Origin: Verrucomicrobiota bacterium
GTDB taxonomy: Bacteria > Verrucomicrobiota > Verrucomicrobiia > Chthoniobacterales > UBA10450
DNA length: 64,000 bases
Direction: 5' to 3'
NCBI GenBank assembly: GCA_046724585.1
Contig: JBKOWV010000059.1
Span: 16,612-80,611 of the forward strand
Part shown: positions 18,122-28,065 of the stretch, in pieces
Layout: each line of letters begins with the position of its first letter
Numbering within the stretch: position 1 is the first letter of the stretch
The notes under the pieces: generated by a model
Database searches by the model: none
Seen by the model: only the letters and a program-made list of their open reading frames with translations
Told to the model about the DNA's origin: nothing
Program-made: the position numbers and the translations under genes

Positions 18122-18976
18122 TTACGTTTGCTCGGGAGAAGGCGCCTGTTCGATCTCAATCTTTGGCTCGGGCTCGGGTGAAGCAGATTCGCCTGGTCCG
18201 GGCTCATCGACGCGACTAATGCGCACCGCGCGCCCGCTAGTCTCATCGATTTCGATTAACGCTCCGCGCAAGCGCACCTCACCGCCGGCGACGGGGAACG
18301 ATGCCGGTAAATTCGAGATGAATCGGTTCATGATCGGTTCGATGGCGCGCCCGAGGATCGAATTTACCGGACCGCACATTCCCGCATCGCACAAAAACGC
18401 GGTGCCACCGGGAAAGATTTGTTCGTCCGCTGTCTGAATATGTGTGTGAGTCCCGATCACAGCTGAGACTTTGCCGTCAAGAAATCGGCCAAGCGCGATC
18501 TTTTCGCTTGTGGTCTCGCCATGCGCATCCACGATTATGTTTGCGGTTTCTTGGCGCATCTTTGTCACGGCCGTTTCAAGCGCGCGAAATGGATTGTCCA
18601 AAATTGGCTGCATGAATGTGCGCGCCTGCACATTGATCACGCCGACTTTTCCCTTGGCCGTTTCCAGAACGATCGATCCGCCGCCCGGCGCGCCCTCGGG
18701 ATAATTCAATGGGCGTAGCAGACGCGGTTCCAGAGCGAGGAATGAGACAATATCCTTTTGGTCCCAAATATGATCGCCGGTCGTTACAACCGACACGCCT
18801 GCTCGCAAGAGCTCGATGGTGATTTTTCCCGTTATGCCGCGACCGCCGGCTGCGTTCTCGCCGTTAACGATGACGAAATCCAATGCATGCTTTTCTTTTA
18901 GCTCAGGCAGCCGGCCGATGACTGCTTTGCGCCCTGGCTCACCTACGACATCGCCCAGAAAAAGAACCGTTAGCAT
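18122..18976 (-). CDS. YmdB-like (TIGR00282) metallophosphoesterase
   Basis: MLTVLFLGDVVGEPGR ... VIVNGENAAGGRGIT ... GTHTHIQTAD motifs. Confidence 0.85.
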   Translation of the reverse strand: MLTVLFLGDVVGEPGRKAVIGRLPELKEKHALDFVIVNGENAAGGRGITGKITIELLRAGVSVVTTGDHIWDQKDIVSFLALEPRLLRPLNYPEGAPGGGSIVLETAKGKVGVINVQARTFMQPILDNPFRALETAVTKMRQETANIIVDAHGETTSEKIALGRFLDGKVSAVIGTHTHIQTADEQIFPGGTAFLCDAGMCGPVNSILGRAIEPIMNRFISNLPASFPVAGGEVRLRGALIEIDETSGRAVRISRVDEPGPGESASPEPEPKIEIEQAPSPEQT

Positions 18977-19056
18977 TGTGCGAGCATCGTATTAGAGAGC
19001 TTTCAAACGTCGATGTGAAAATTAATGAGGAAATACAAACGACGAATGGCGAATTA

Positions 19057-20385
19057 ATGACAAATGACCAAGTTCGAAAAGTGGCGTTTCGTCATTCGGG
19101 TTTCGTCATTCTTGCGTCATTCGTCATTCCTGCTTCGTTATTCCTGCTCCTGATTTTTCTGCCTGCTCTTCAAGCGGCTGAGAACGTCAGCATCCTCGGC
19201 AGCAAACCGAAATGGAGCGTGCTAGAGAAGTATCAGGAAACAATTACCTATGATGAGTTTACCTGGTTAATCCGGGACGTTTATTGCACCCACGGGTTCG
19301 CGCCGGATTTGATCGAAATAAATGAGAAGACCGCGCGGATTCTGATGAATCGGGAGACGCAAAAGTTTTGCACGTTGCGCTTTGCCAAAAACGACGCCGC
19401 GCGCAAACGGGTGCCGCGGCTTTGGCGACCGGCCGAATCTCTTCCAGCAGCAAAGCCGAAAAGGCCGCTCTCAGGTTTGCGAATTGCGCTCGACCCCGGC
19501 CACCTTGGCGGAAAATGGGCAAAGATGGAGGAGCGCTGGTTCCAGGTCGGGAACAACCCGCCGGTGCAGGAAGGCGATCTAACTTTCCGTGTAGCGCGCT
19601 TGTTGGCGCCGCGATTACGAGAATTGGGCGCAAGAGTTTTCTTTATCCGAAATAGTAACGAACCGGTCACGGCAAAGCGTCCGGACGATTTTCAGGAGCT
19701 GGCCAGGAAAATTTTGATCAAAAACGGCGTGCCGCAGCCGCGGGCGGACGTTCTTGGTCAAAATGATCCCGAAAACGAGCAAACAGTTCGCTGGCAGAGC
19801 GAGATTTTATTCTACCGCTACAGCGAGATTCGACGGCGAGCGGCACTGGTGAACTTCAAATTGCATCCTGATCTGGTGCTTTGTTTGCATTTCAACGCCG
19901 AAGGGTGGGGCGATCCAAACAGCCCGATGTTGCTCGACACGAATCATCTTCATCTCCTGGTGAATGGTTCGTATTTGCAGGACGAGCTCGAATTCGACGA
20001 CGAACGTTTTGAGATGATCCGGCGACTTTTAAGTCGCGTCTACGACGAAGAATTGCCCCTTGCTGATGTGGTAGCGACAGCCATGGCGAAGGAAATGCAA
20101 TTGCCGCCCTACCAATATCCAACGACGCTGACGACGACCAAAGTCGGCACGAGCGGTTATGTTTATGCGCGCAATCTGCTGGCGACACGGATTTATCGGT
20201 GTCCGGTTGTTTATTGCGAGCCGTACGTCATGAACAGCAACGACGCCTTCGCGCGTATTCAAGCGGGTGACTACGAAGGAATGCGTAACGTCAATGGCGT
20301 GGAGCGCAAAAGCATTTTCCGCGAATATGCCGACAGCGTGACGGATGGATTAGCCGAGTATTATCGCACGGCGCGGGGACTGTAG
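19057..20385 (+). CDS. N-acetylmuramoyl-L-alanine amidase family protein (Amidase_3-like)
   Basis: IALDPGHLGG and LCLHFNAEG motifs. Signal peptide ...LFLLLIFLPALQA. Start is uncertain (TTG 18976, ATG 19057, GTG 19081). The stop lies in the CTGTAG of repeat B2. Confidence 0.7.
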   Translation: MTNDQVRKVAFRHSGFVILASFVIPASLFLLLIFLPALQAAENVSILGSKPKWSVLEKYQETITYDEFTWLIRDVYCTHGFAPDLIEINEKTARILMNRETQKFCTLRFAKNDAARKRVPRLWRPAESLPAAKPKRPLSGLRIALDPGHLGGKWAKMEERWFQVGNNPPVQEGDLTFRVARLLAPRLRELGARVFFIRNSNEPVTAKRPDDFQELARKILIKNGVPQPRADVLGQNDPENEQTVRWQSEILFYRYSEIRRRAALVNFKLHPDLVLCLHFNAEGWGDPNSPMLLDTNHLHLLVNGSYLQDELEFDDERFEMIRRLLSRVYDEELPLADVVATAMAKEMQLPPYQYPTTLTTTKVGTSGYVYARNLLATRIYRCPVVYCEPYVMNSNDAFARIQAGDYEGMRNVNGVERKSIFREYADSVTDGLAEYYRTARGL

Positions 20386-20430
20386 GACGTTTCTGCGAAA
20401 CGTCTCGGCGTCTGGCACAGACGCCCTACA
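20381..20430. repeat. TGTAG...CTACA palindromic repeat, family B copy 2
   Basis: TGTAGGACGTTTCtgcGAAACGTCtcgGCGTCTGgcaCAGACGCCCTACA. Its two termini contain the TAG stops of the convergent amidase and aroB genes. Confidence 0.85.
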
Positions 20431-21562
20431 GTTCGTCAATCGCTTCGCGGATGTCATCGAGCGTGACGTTGTTCGTTAGGTGAGCAGCGCCAATATGCGG
20501 CGTCACAACAAACCGAACCTTTCCGCCTTCGAATTTTTTGTCGAACTTCAGCGTTTCGATGATTTTCTCGAGCGGGAAATCTTTCGGCAATTGGGTTGGT
20601 AAATTGAATTGCCGCAGACGATCGACAATCGCATCGCGTTGTTCCGGTGACAGTCCCGCCTTTTTCATTGAGATAGCGCAGGCTGCGACAATTCCGAGGC
20701 TGACGGCTTCGCCGTGCAGAAATTTGCGGTAATCTCCGGCGCGCTCAATGGCGTGGCCAACGGTGTGCCCGAAATTGAGAATCGCGCGTTCGCCGGTCTG
20801 GTCGCGCTCGTCTTTCGCGACGATTTTTGATTTTACCTCGACGTTGTGCTTGATCAGCGCTTGTAGGGCAAGGGGATCGTTTGCCTGCGTATCTTTCAAT
20901 GCCCCGAACATTTCCGCGTCGGCGACAATCGCGTGCTTAATAACTTCGGCGAAACCCTGATTGAATTCGCGAGGTGGCAGCGTTTTTAAAAGCTCTACGT
21001 CATCAATCACGAGCGACGGATGATGAAACAGGCCGACCAGGTTTTTTCCGTCGGACGTGTTGACTCCAGTCTTCCCACCGATCGAGCTATCGACCATCGC
21101 AAGCAGCGTCGTCGGAATTTGGACATGCGGGATTCCGCGATAATAGATCGCCGCGACGAATCCGGAAATGTCGCCGATCATGCCTCCGCCGAGACCAATG
21201 ACAAACGATTGCCGATCCAACCCGGCAGCGATCATCTGGTCGCAAATCGCAGCGGCTTGCTCGAGCGTCTTCGATTTCTCGCCCGCCGGAATTGTGATCA
21301 GCGTCGGCTGAAAATTGGCTGACTCTAAACTTCGTTTGATCCGATCGCCTAAGAGCGGTGCGACGTTGGTATCGGAAATAATTGCGCATGTTCTCCAGTC
21401 GAGACAATTGCGCACGTACCTTCCAGCCTGCTCGAGCAAGCCTGAGCCAACCAGCGCTGGATAGCGATTCGCGCCGCCGGCGATTTTCAGAATGGATTCC
21501 AACGCAGATACCCGTCTGGATCGCTTGGTGGGTTCGCTGTATTGCTTGTGAAGGTCATCCAA
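20426..21562 (-). CDS. aroB: 3-dehydroquinate synthase
   Basis: GLGGGMIGDISGFVAAIYYRGIPHVQIPTTLLAMVDSSIGGKTGVN. The ATG at 21562 overlaps the upstream pilin-like gene by 76 nt. The TTG at 21502 (LESILKIAGG...) fits the usual AroB N-terminus better. Confidence 0.9.
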   Translation of the reverse strand: MDDLHKQYSEPTKRSRRVSALESILKIAGGANRYPALVGSGLLEQAGRYVRNCLDWRTCAIISDTNVAPLLGDRIKRSLESANFQPTLITIPAGEKSKTLEQAAAICDQMIAAGLDRQSFVIGLGGGMIGDISGFVAAIYYRGIPHVQIPTTLLAMVDSSIGGKTGVNTSDGKNLVGLFHHPSLVIDDVELLKTLPPREFNQGFAEVIKHAIVADAEMFGALKDTQANDPLALQALIKHNVEVKSKIVAKDERDQTGERAILNFGHTVGHAIERAGDYRKFLHGEAVSLGIVAACAISMKKAGLSPEQRDAIVDRLRQFNLPTQLPKDFPLEKIIETLKFDKKFEGGKVRFVVTPHIGAAHLTNNVTLDDIREAIDEL

Positions 21563-22197
21563 TCCATGCTCTCGGCATGTAAATCAGCGAACAGGGCATT
21601 GATTCGTTGGCGGTTGTTCTGCGTGCCGCCAGTGGCATTTCCGCCCGGGGTACTCGTTGCCCGTGGCGGGGCTCCCCCGATTCCGAGGACTCTGACGCCT
21701 GGAGCGCCCTCGGTAGCAAACCCCGAAAAAGTGACAGTGGCTCCGGCGGCTTGCGCGGGAGCAAAAAGAATAAAAGCTGTAGGCTTGGTGATTCTGTCAG
21801 CGGATATTGCTACGCCGCCCTGGTAAACGTTCGCATTGATGCCGTAGCTAACCGGCGTCGTTGCATCGCCCACTTCTGATGGGGAGCGCCTGTCGAAAGG
21901 CGAATGCAAAACCCCCCATGCGGACAAGTATTTTCGATTCAGTTCCAGTTGCGACATCCACCTTCCATTTATTAGATCGGTTGTTGAACCAGGAAGGACA
22001 CCATCGTTGTCGTTCATGTAAGTTTGGGTCGCGAGGCCAATCTGGCGGAGATTGTTCATGTCCTTGGTCACTTTCGCGCGCTCCTGCGTGCCGATAAAGA
22101 CCGGATAGGCAACCGTAGCAAGAATGGCGATGACCGCGATGACAATCAGCAATTCGATTAATGTGAAAGCGCGCGCTAGGTAAAAATTCTTGGTCAT
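21487..22197 (-). CDS. prepilin-type N-terminal cleavage/methylation domain protein
   Basis: FTLIELLIVIAVIAILA N-terminal pilin motif. The C-terminal NALFADLHAES resembles the F-x-DGH box of PVC-group pseudopilin-like proteins. Confidence 0.8.
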   Translation of the reverse strand: MTKNFYLARAFTLIELLIVIAVIAILATVAYPVFIGTQERAKVTKDMNNLRQIGLATQTYMNDNDGVLPGSTTDLINGRWMSQLELNRKYLSAWGVLHSPFDRRSPSEVGDATTPVSYGINANVYQGGVAISADRITKPTAFILFAPAQAAGATVTFSGFATEGAPGVRVLGIGGAPPRATSTPGGNATGGTQNNRQRINALFADLHAESMDWMTFTSNTANPPSDPDGYLRWNPF

Positions 22198-22313
22198 TGT
22201 ACCTGGTTGCGTAGGGTGCCACGATATTAGTTCTTGCCAGGGAACGAAAAGGAAAATCGCTCACGAACGCAAGATTGCTTGACAACCTATCTGCCGCTTT
22301 GTGTATGTAGATC

Positions 22314-22757
22314 ATGCCCGAGCCAACTGAACCGAGCCAGCCACCTCCGCCTCCGCCAAGCCCGGAACCCGGGTCGAGCGCGACATCTCAATCGACCGGT
22401 TTGCCTTCAAACGTGGCTGCAGCCATTGCCTGCATTCCACTCATCGGGGGCATCATTTTTTACATTCTCGAAAAACGCGACAGTTTTGTCCGCTTTTATG
22501 CCATGCAATCGATCGTCTTTGGTTGCGCATGGCTGCTTTTTAACATTGTCTCCTCGGTCGTGCATGCGGTCTTCGGCGCAATCCCTGGCATCGGCGGAGT
22601 GCTGGTATTTTTCTGGGCGATCATCGCTGCGCTCGTCCATATTGCGTTCCTGGTGATCTGGATCATTGCCATGGTGAAAGCGTTTACCGGCGTGCGTTGG
22701 GACATTCCATATGTCGGGCCGATTGCCCGCAAACAGGTGGAAGGCAGCGCAAGCTAA
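22314..22757 (+). CDS. DUF4870-like small membrane protein with Pro-rich N-terminus
   Basis: PSQPPPPPPSPEP tail followed by IPLIGGIIFYILEKRDSFVRFYAMQS and three more hydrophobic segments. Confidence 0.7.
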   Translation: MPEPTEPSQPPPPPPSPEPGSSATSQSTGLPSNVAAAIACIPLIGGIIFYILEKRDSFVRFYAMQSIVFGCAWLLFNIVSSVVHAVFGAIPGIGGVLVFFWAIIAALVHIAFLVIWIIAMVKAFTGVRWDIPYVGPIARKQVEGSAS

Positions 22758-22850
22758 TACTCCGCGGCAGGTCCGCCTTCTCTGAGCTTCCGCTTTCGCC
22801 GCGCTCCGGCCCGACAAGACGGCGTGGCAGGCAAAGCGTCGGCTACAACG

Positions 22851-24686
22851 TCATCGCTTCGCGGCCGGCGAAGCGATTTCCTTCGGTGATGGACTCGGGG
22901 ACGGAGAGGCCACTGCCAGGAGCGGCAGCTTCAATGCGTTAAGATCGGAGTCGCGAATGATGAAAGTGCCTTCGCGTTCCTCCCTCCGCGCGAACCATGT
23001 TCCGTTGCCAGCCGCACTGCCAACCAACAGCTTGTGCGAGACTTTGTCGTCGGGCGAAGTCGTAAACGTGAGCGTAAGCTGCGGTTTATCGAAGCCGTGC
23101 TGGGCGGTGGTTGGTCCAACCCAGCGCAGCGCACGCAAGCTCGACAACGTGTTGAGCAGCGACTGCACATTAGCTTGATTGATCTCGCCACTTCCTTTGA
23201 GCCAGCGCCATTGCTTGTTTTCGCCGCGCTCCAGCGCCAGCTCTTTGTCTGTGCTGACGGTCACGCGATGAATTTGCTCCGGCTTAAATTTGAAGATCGA
23301 CAATTCCTGCCATTGCAAAGGATCAATCGGAATTTGGTCGAGCAAGCCGCGTCGGACCGCTACGACGAAGGGCTCATCGGCCAGCCGCGCGTAAACGTTA
23401 TCGCCATCCACTTTTCCAAACGTCACTGTAGCGAAGGGCTGCTCGCCAGCTTTGCTCTCGGCAGTGTTCTCCGAAGCAAATGAGCTGAGGGTCAATTGCA
23501 GTTGCGGTTTGTCGAGGCCGTACTTCGGCAAATCTGAAGCGACATCTTCGACAAATTTGGTCACCCGTTCATTTTGCAGCGTGTCGATCAAGCGCCGGAC
23601 TTCGCCTGAATTCGCCGGGGCATTGTCGCGGCTGGCGATTGTCCAGTTGTTATCCTTCCGCGCCAGAACGGTCTTACCCTTGCCTGGAGCGTCGATCGTG
23701 ATCCGATCGAGAATGTTTGTGTCGACTCGAACCAGATGGCGGTCGCGCAGATCGTCTGGCTTTGTGTTGAGGATCTCTTCGATCTTCTTCGGCAGCGTGT
23801 AAACGAATCCGCGCGGCGCGAACCGGACATAGATTTCGTCTTTTTGCTTCTCCGGCACGCCACCGATCTGGAGCAGCTGACCCTGGTGGTCTTCCTGAGC
23901 AAACAGTGTGATTGCGCCGCGCGGCTCGGCCAATCCATAAGGACGAAGATCGCCGTGATCGTCCGCCACGAATTGTTGAATTCGGGAAGCAGTAACTTGC
24001 GCGATCAGATCGCCAATCTTTTGGTCATCGCCGGGCGCGCGCAGGGGCTTGAGAATTTCCCAGTGATCGCCCTTCTTCTGTAGTTCCATTTCACCAGTGA
24101 GCGTTTTTAGAATGACGCGCGACACCTGCGCGGTGATGAGGTCGGTTAGTTTCCGGTCGCGGAATTCCTCCGCTTTTTTATCGATGTCTTTCTTGATCGT
24201 CTGTCCCGCTAGATAGGTTTCCTTTGAATTCTCAAAGCGCACATACATCTTGCCTTCGAGGGCGGCGTCTTTTCCGAATAAAATTGCCGGGGGTTTATCC
24301 TGGCCAAGCAATTTGAGCCTCAGTTTGGGCCTGTTCAGGCCATATTCGGCAAGCTTGCTCTTATCGGCGTCGATTTCTTTGGCTGAAATCGTTCCCTCCT
24401 TCTGCCAGTTCCCCAAATCCGACAACAGATTGTCGATCAAAGAACTGTCTGCCTGGTCCTTGATTGGTGTTTCAAGGCGCCATCGGTTGTCGCGACGCCG
24501 CAATTCAATCTTCTCATCTCCATTTAGAATGACGATGCCGTCGATTTTGTCTCGATCGAAGTTGACGATATTTTGCGCCTGGCGTCTGGCTTCTTGTGTG
24601 CCCGGTTGTTTAAGCTCGAAAAATCTCAAGTAAACGAAAACACCGAGCGCAATCGCAGCTAAAACAATGGTGGTCTTCCAGTTCAT
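22851..24686 (-). CDS. DUF4340-like protein, accessory to the GldG/ABC cluster
   Basis: 611 aa with a single N-terminal TM (MNWKTTIVLAAIALGVFVYL). It is the last gene of the same-strand cluster with the GldG-like, ABC-2 permease and ATPase genes. The family name is assigned from this context plus the general sequence character. Confidence 0.65.
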   Translation of the reverse strand: MNWKTTIVLAAIALGVFVYLRFFELKQPGTQEARRQAQNIVNFDRDKIDGIVILNGDEKIELRRRDNRWRLETPIKDQADSSLIDNLLSDLGNWQKEGTISAKEIDADKSKLAEYGLNRPKLRLKLLGQDKPPAILFGKDAALEGKMYVRFENSKETYLAGQTIKKDIDKKAEEFRDRKLTDLITAQVSRVILKTLTGEMELQKKGDHWEILKPLRAPGDDQKIGDLIAQVTASRIQQFVADDHGDLRPYGLAEPRGAITLFAQEDHQGQLLQIGGVPEKQKDEIYVRFAPRGFVYTLPKKIEEILNTKPDDLRDRHLVRVDTNILDRITIDAPGKGKTVLARKDNNWTIASRDNAPANSGEVRRLIDTLQNERVTKFVEDVASDLPKYGLDKPQLQLTLSSFASENTAESKAGEQPFATVTFGKVDGDNVYARLADEPFVVAVRRGLLDQIPIDPLQWQELSIFKFKPEQIHRVTVSTDKELALERGENKQWRWLKGSGEINQANVQSLLNTLSSLRALRWVGPTTAQHGFDKPQLTLTFTTSPDDKVSHKLLVGSAAGNGTWFARREEREGTFIIRDSDLNALKLPLLAVASPSPSPSPKEIASPAAKR

Positions 24687-24798
24687 AAACTTGCAGGGCA
24701 GCGTCGAAAGGCTTCGGGGTTGCCAATCTCGCCTGGCAAGCGACGCGCTTGCCCTAAAACGTGGATGATGCGGCCGGTGTCCGAGGACATTATCTGAG

Positions 24799-26301
24799 TC
24801 AAACGCGACGCTGCCACCAAACTACGCTCCCAATTACGGCTGGAATCAGCGGCATCAGGACCAAAATGATCCACCGCAGATTGCGTAACGCGTCTTCGTT
24901 GAGAGTGAAGGTGAGCGGCTTTGGAACCTTCGGCGCGATACCGATTAACTCTTCCCGCCTAAGCAGCCAATTCACGCTGCCAGAAATGAAATCGAGCGCT
25001 TGCTGATCTTGCGTGACCGCATTGTCTTGAACGAAGGTCGCATTGCTTACGACGACGAGCCGCGACGAATCCACCTGCACGCGCTGGTCGGCACTACCGC
25101 CTTTTTCGATCCCTGCGCCGATCGTAATCGGTGCGTCGCTACTCCGCTGCGCGTCAGCCTGCAGCTTTGCCTGATCGTCTGTATTATAATCGGTTTCGGC
25201 GAAGTAGCCTTTTTCCGCCTGAATCAGCGGCTCGATCCGGACATTCGCGGCGCGTACCCGGTCTGGCTCGAGAGTAAGCGAAGATGTTCCGCCAAAAAAG
25301 AGCGCCCGGACATCGGCCAGTCGTTGGGTAATTGGACTGCCGCCTAGAAAATGCGCTTGCACGTCTCGGGTGAGCGCCACTTCCTGGATTCCCGTCCGCA
25401 GGAAAACCATCAGCCGATCGTCGTTCCGCTTTACGCCCAGTTCGTTGAGAAATGCGTCTAACTTTGGCGTTTTGGCTGCCGGATCGAGAAGCAGCAGGAT
25501 TCTTCCCTGCTTATCCCAGAAATCGCGCAACAATTTCATTTCGCGATCCGAAAAATCGTATTGCGGTCCAATAATCAGGATCGTTTTCAATTCCGCCGGA
25601 ATGGCCTCGACATCGAAAAGATTCAACTCCTGGAACTTGATGTTCTCGTTCTCGATGAATGTCTTCAGGATGGAGATCGTGCTGGCCCCGGCGAGCGGCG
25701 GTTCCTTGTGACCGAGCACGTATCCAACCGTATTCTTTTTCCCTTCGACGAGGTCCATCATTGCGCTCGTGATAGCCTGCTCGCCTTTAAAGGCGGTCAC
25801 GCGCGGGCCTTCGCCGAGAGCCATCCCGCTTTGATCGATCTCAGCCATCTCGGACGCCTTGACCGTCTTGTTGCGCCCTTCGTAATCGAACACTAAAAGG
25901 CTCTCGTCGCTGACCACTTTGTATTTGTCGAACAGCTCTTTGGCGCGAGAAAGATTGCGCTCGGGATCGATTCGTTCGATGTCGATCTTTCCCTTCGCCG
26001 CATATTGGTATTCAGTCAGCAAATTCTGCACGTCGGCGGTGATCGGTGTGTTCGGTGAAAAGAAAATCGTGATCCGCATCTTGCCTTTGATGGAGTCGAG
26101 AAAACGCTTCGTTTTATCGGAGAGTTCGTATTTTTGGTCGCGGGAAAAATCCCAGCGCGCGTAGTGTTTGAAAGCGATGGAATTCACCATCACAGCGATA
26201 AACAAAATCAGAACGACTTGGGCGAGAACGTTAAAACCGATCTTAACCCGGCGGATTTTTTTGTCCGAACGTCTGCGGGGCTGTTTTGCCTCTTCAGCCA
26301 T
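24799..26301 (-). CDS. GldG-family ABC-transporter auxiliary protein
   Basis: 500 aa with N- and C-terminal TM anchors flanking a large soluble domain. Lies immediately downstream of the ABC-2 permease (4-nt gap). Confidence 0.7.
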   Translation of the reverse strand: MAEEAKQPRRRSDKKIRRVKIGFNVLAQVVLILFIAVMVNSIAFKHYARWDFSRDQKYELSDKTKRFLDSIKGKMRITIFFSPNTPITADVQNLLTEYQYAAKGKIDIERIDPERNLSRAKELFDKYKVVSDESLLVFDYEGRNKTVKASEMAEIDQSGMALGEGPRVTAFKGEQAITSAMMDLVEGKKNTVGYVLGHKEPPLAGASTISILKTFIENENIKFQELNLFDVEAIPAELKTILIIGPQYDFSDREMKLLRDFWDKQGRILLLLDPAAKTPKLDAFLNELGVKRNDDRLMVFLRTGIQEVALTRDVQAHFLGGSPITQRLADVRALFFGGTSSLTLEPDRVRAANVRIEPLIQAEKGYFAETDYNTDDQAKLQADAQRSSDAPITIGAGIEKGGSADQRVQVDSSRLVVVSNATFVQDNAVTQDQQALDFISGSVNWLLRREELIGIAPKVPKPLTFTLNEDALRNLRWIILVLMPLIPAVIGSVVWWQRRV

Positions 26302-26304
26302 TTG

Positions 26305-27060
26305 TTACAGTCTCCATTTGCGGGATTGGAACGCCTGATAGGTGAGCGTCAGCATCACGATCGTCATGCTCAGGTAAAAAACGATCGGGCGCGTATCGAT
26401 CACACCCCGGGAGAAGGTCAGCATATGGTCGATCGCGGAAAAGTAGCCGAGCAAATCGCGTGTTGCCGAGCTGACGTCAAGGAGAATGAACTGCACCAGA
26501 CCGAGGAAGAACAACAATGTAATTGCGCAGAAGGAAATGATCGCTGCGATGATCTGGTTCCTGGTCAGAACCGAGGTGAGGCAACCGATCGAAAGATAAA
26601 ACATTCCCAGCAATAAAAGCATTAGATACGAGCCGAAGTATGCCCCGCCAGAATGTGCGGCTGGCTGGTTCGTCAGTTTGAGAAAAATCGCAAAGTAAAG
26701 CAGGGTCGGGATCCAGAGGACGAGATAAAAGACCAGCGCGCCAAAAAATTTCGCGAGCACCACCTGCCAGTCACGCACCGGCGCCGTCATCAGCGGCTCG
26801 ATCGTGCCGAGCTTAAATTCCTCCGCAAACAAGCGCATTGTGATGAGGGGGAAAATCAGAACGAACGCGAACCAGAAGAAGACCGAGTTAAAAAAAGCTT
26901 CCTGAACGGTGTATTGCACCTGCCGCTGGTTCATGAAGGAAATCTGAAAATAAAAATCCACCCCGCTGATGAGCAGAAAAAAAATCATGACGACATAGGC
27001 GATCGGCGAGTGAAAGTAGCTGCGTACTTCGCGGGAGAGCAGAGTGTAAAACTTACGCAT
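26305..27060 (-). CDS. ABC-2 type transporter permease (GldF-like)
   Basis: 251 aa with six hydrophobic segments. Positioned between the ATPase and the GldG-like gene. Confidence 0.8.
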   Translation of the reverse strand: MRKFYTLLSREVRSYFHSPIAYVVMIFFLLISGVDFYFQISFMNQRQVQYTVQEAFFNSVFFWFAFVLIFPLITMRLFAEEFKLGTIEPLMTAPVRDWQVVLAKFFGALVFYLVLWIPTLLYFAIFLKLTNQPAAHSGGAYFGSYLMLLLLGMFYLSIGCLTSVLTRNQIIAAIISFCAITLLFFLGLVQFILLDVSSATRDLLGYFSAIDHMLTFSRGVIDTRPIVFYLSMTIVMLTLTYQAFQSRKWRL

Positions 27061-27075
27061 CGGGAACTAGGGCCG

Positions 27076-28011
27076 CTAAACGAGGTCGGGGTGCGTGAGT
27101 TCGACGAAGACATCCTCGAGCGTCGCTCGACGTTGAGTCAGTTCGCGCACGGTCCAATGGCGATCGATGGCCAGCCGAAAAATTTCTTCGCGCACATCAA
27201 CGCCTGATTCCACCCGGAGCGAGAATATTTTCCAATCGCCATCCGCATCGACAATTACGTCCCGGACACCTGAAATTTTCTTTAGTTCCTCTATCCCGTT
27301 ATCGGGCCCTATTTTTGCTTCAACGACTACTCCGCCAGCCTGCCGGATCTTTCCCAGCAAATTTTCCGGCGTATCGCATGCCTCGATTCGGCCTTTATGA
27401 ATGATGATGACCCGGCTGCACGTCATCTCGACTTCCGGCAAAATGTGAGTGGAAAGCAGGATCGTGTGCTGTTTCCCCAAATTTTTAATCAACTCGCGCA
27501 CCTGGCGGATTTGATTTGGATCGAGACCAATCGTCGGCTCGTCGAGAATGAGAAGATCGGGCTCGTGTAAAAGCGCGTCCGCCAGACCGACCCGTTGGCG
27601 ATAACCTTTGGAGAGGGTACCGATCAGCTGCTTCTCCACTTCCTTAAGCCCGCAAAGTTCCTTTGCATCGCCTACGCGCTCGGCAAGGCGGCGGCGTGGG
27701 ACCGCTTTCAGCGCCGCGCGGTAATCAAGGTATTCCGTCACCCGCATGTCGTTGTAGAGCGGCACATTTTCCGGCATGTAGCCCAGGTGGGCCCGTGCCT
27801 GAAGCGATTGCTCAAAAACATCGAACCCGGCGATCGTAGCGCGACCCGAGGTAGGCGGCATGAAGCTGGCCAAAATGCGCATGGTGGTCGTTTTGCCTGC
27901 ACCGTTTGGCCCCAGAAATCCCATGATTTCGCCCTGGCCAACTTCGAAATTCAGATCCTGGATCGCAGGCTGGCCGGCGTAACGCTTCGTTAAATTCTCA
28001 ACCTTAATCAT
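27076..28011 (-). CDS. ABC transporter ATP-binding protein (GldA-like)
   Basis: Walker A GPNGAGKTT, signature LSKGYRQR, Walker B LLILDEP. Confidence 0.93.
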   Translation of the reverse strand: MIKVENLTKRYAGQPAIQDLNFEVGQGEIMGFLGPNGAGKTTTMRILASFMPPTSGRATIAGFDVFEQSLQARAHLGYMPENVPLYNDMRVTEYLDYRAALKAVPRRRLAERVGDAKELCGLKEVEKQLIGTLSKGYRQRVGLADALLHEPDLLILDEPTIGLDPNQIRQVRELIKNLGKQHTILLSTHILPEVEMTCSRVIIIHKGRIEACDTPENLLGKIRQAGGVVVEAKIGPDNGIEELKKISGVRDVIVDADGDWKIFSLRVESGVDVREEIFRLAIDRHWTVRELTQRRATLEDVFVELTHPDLV

Positions 28012-28065
28012 TGCGCGATATTTCCATGAGACAATCGAACCGCAATTGCGTTGCGATTTTTTTTG

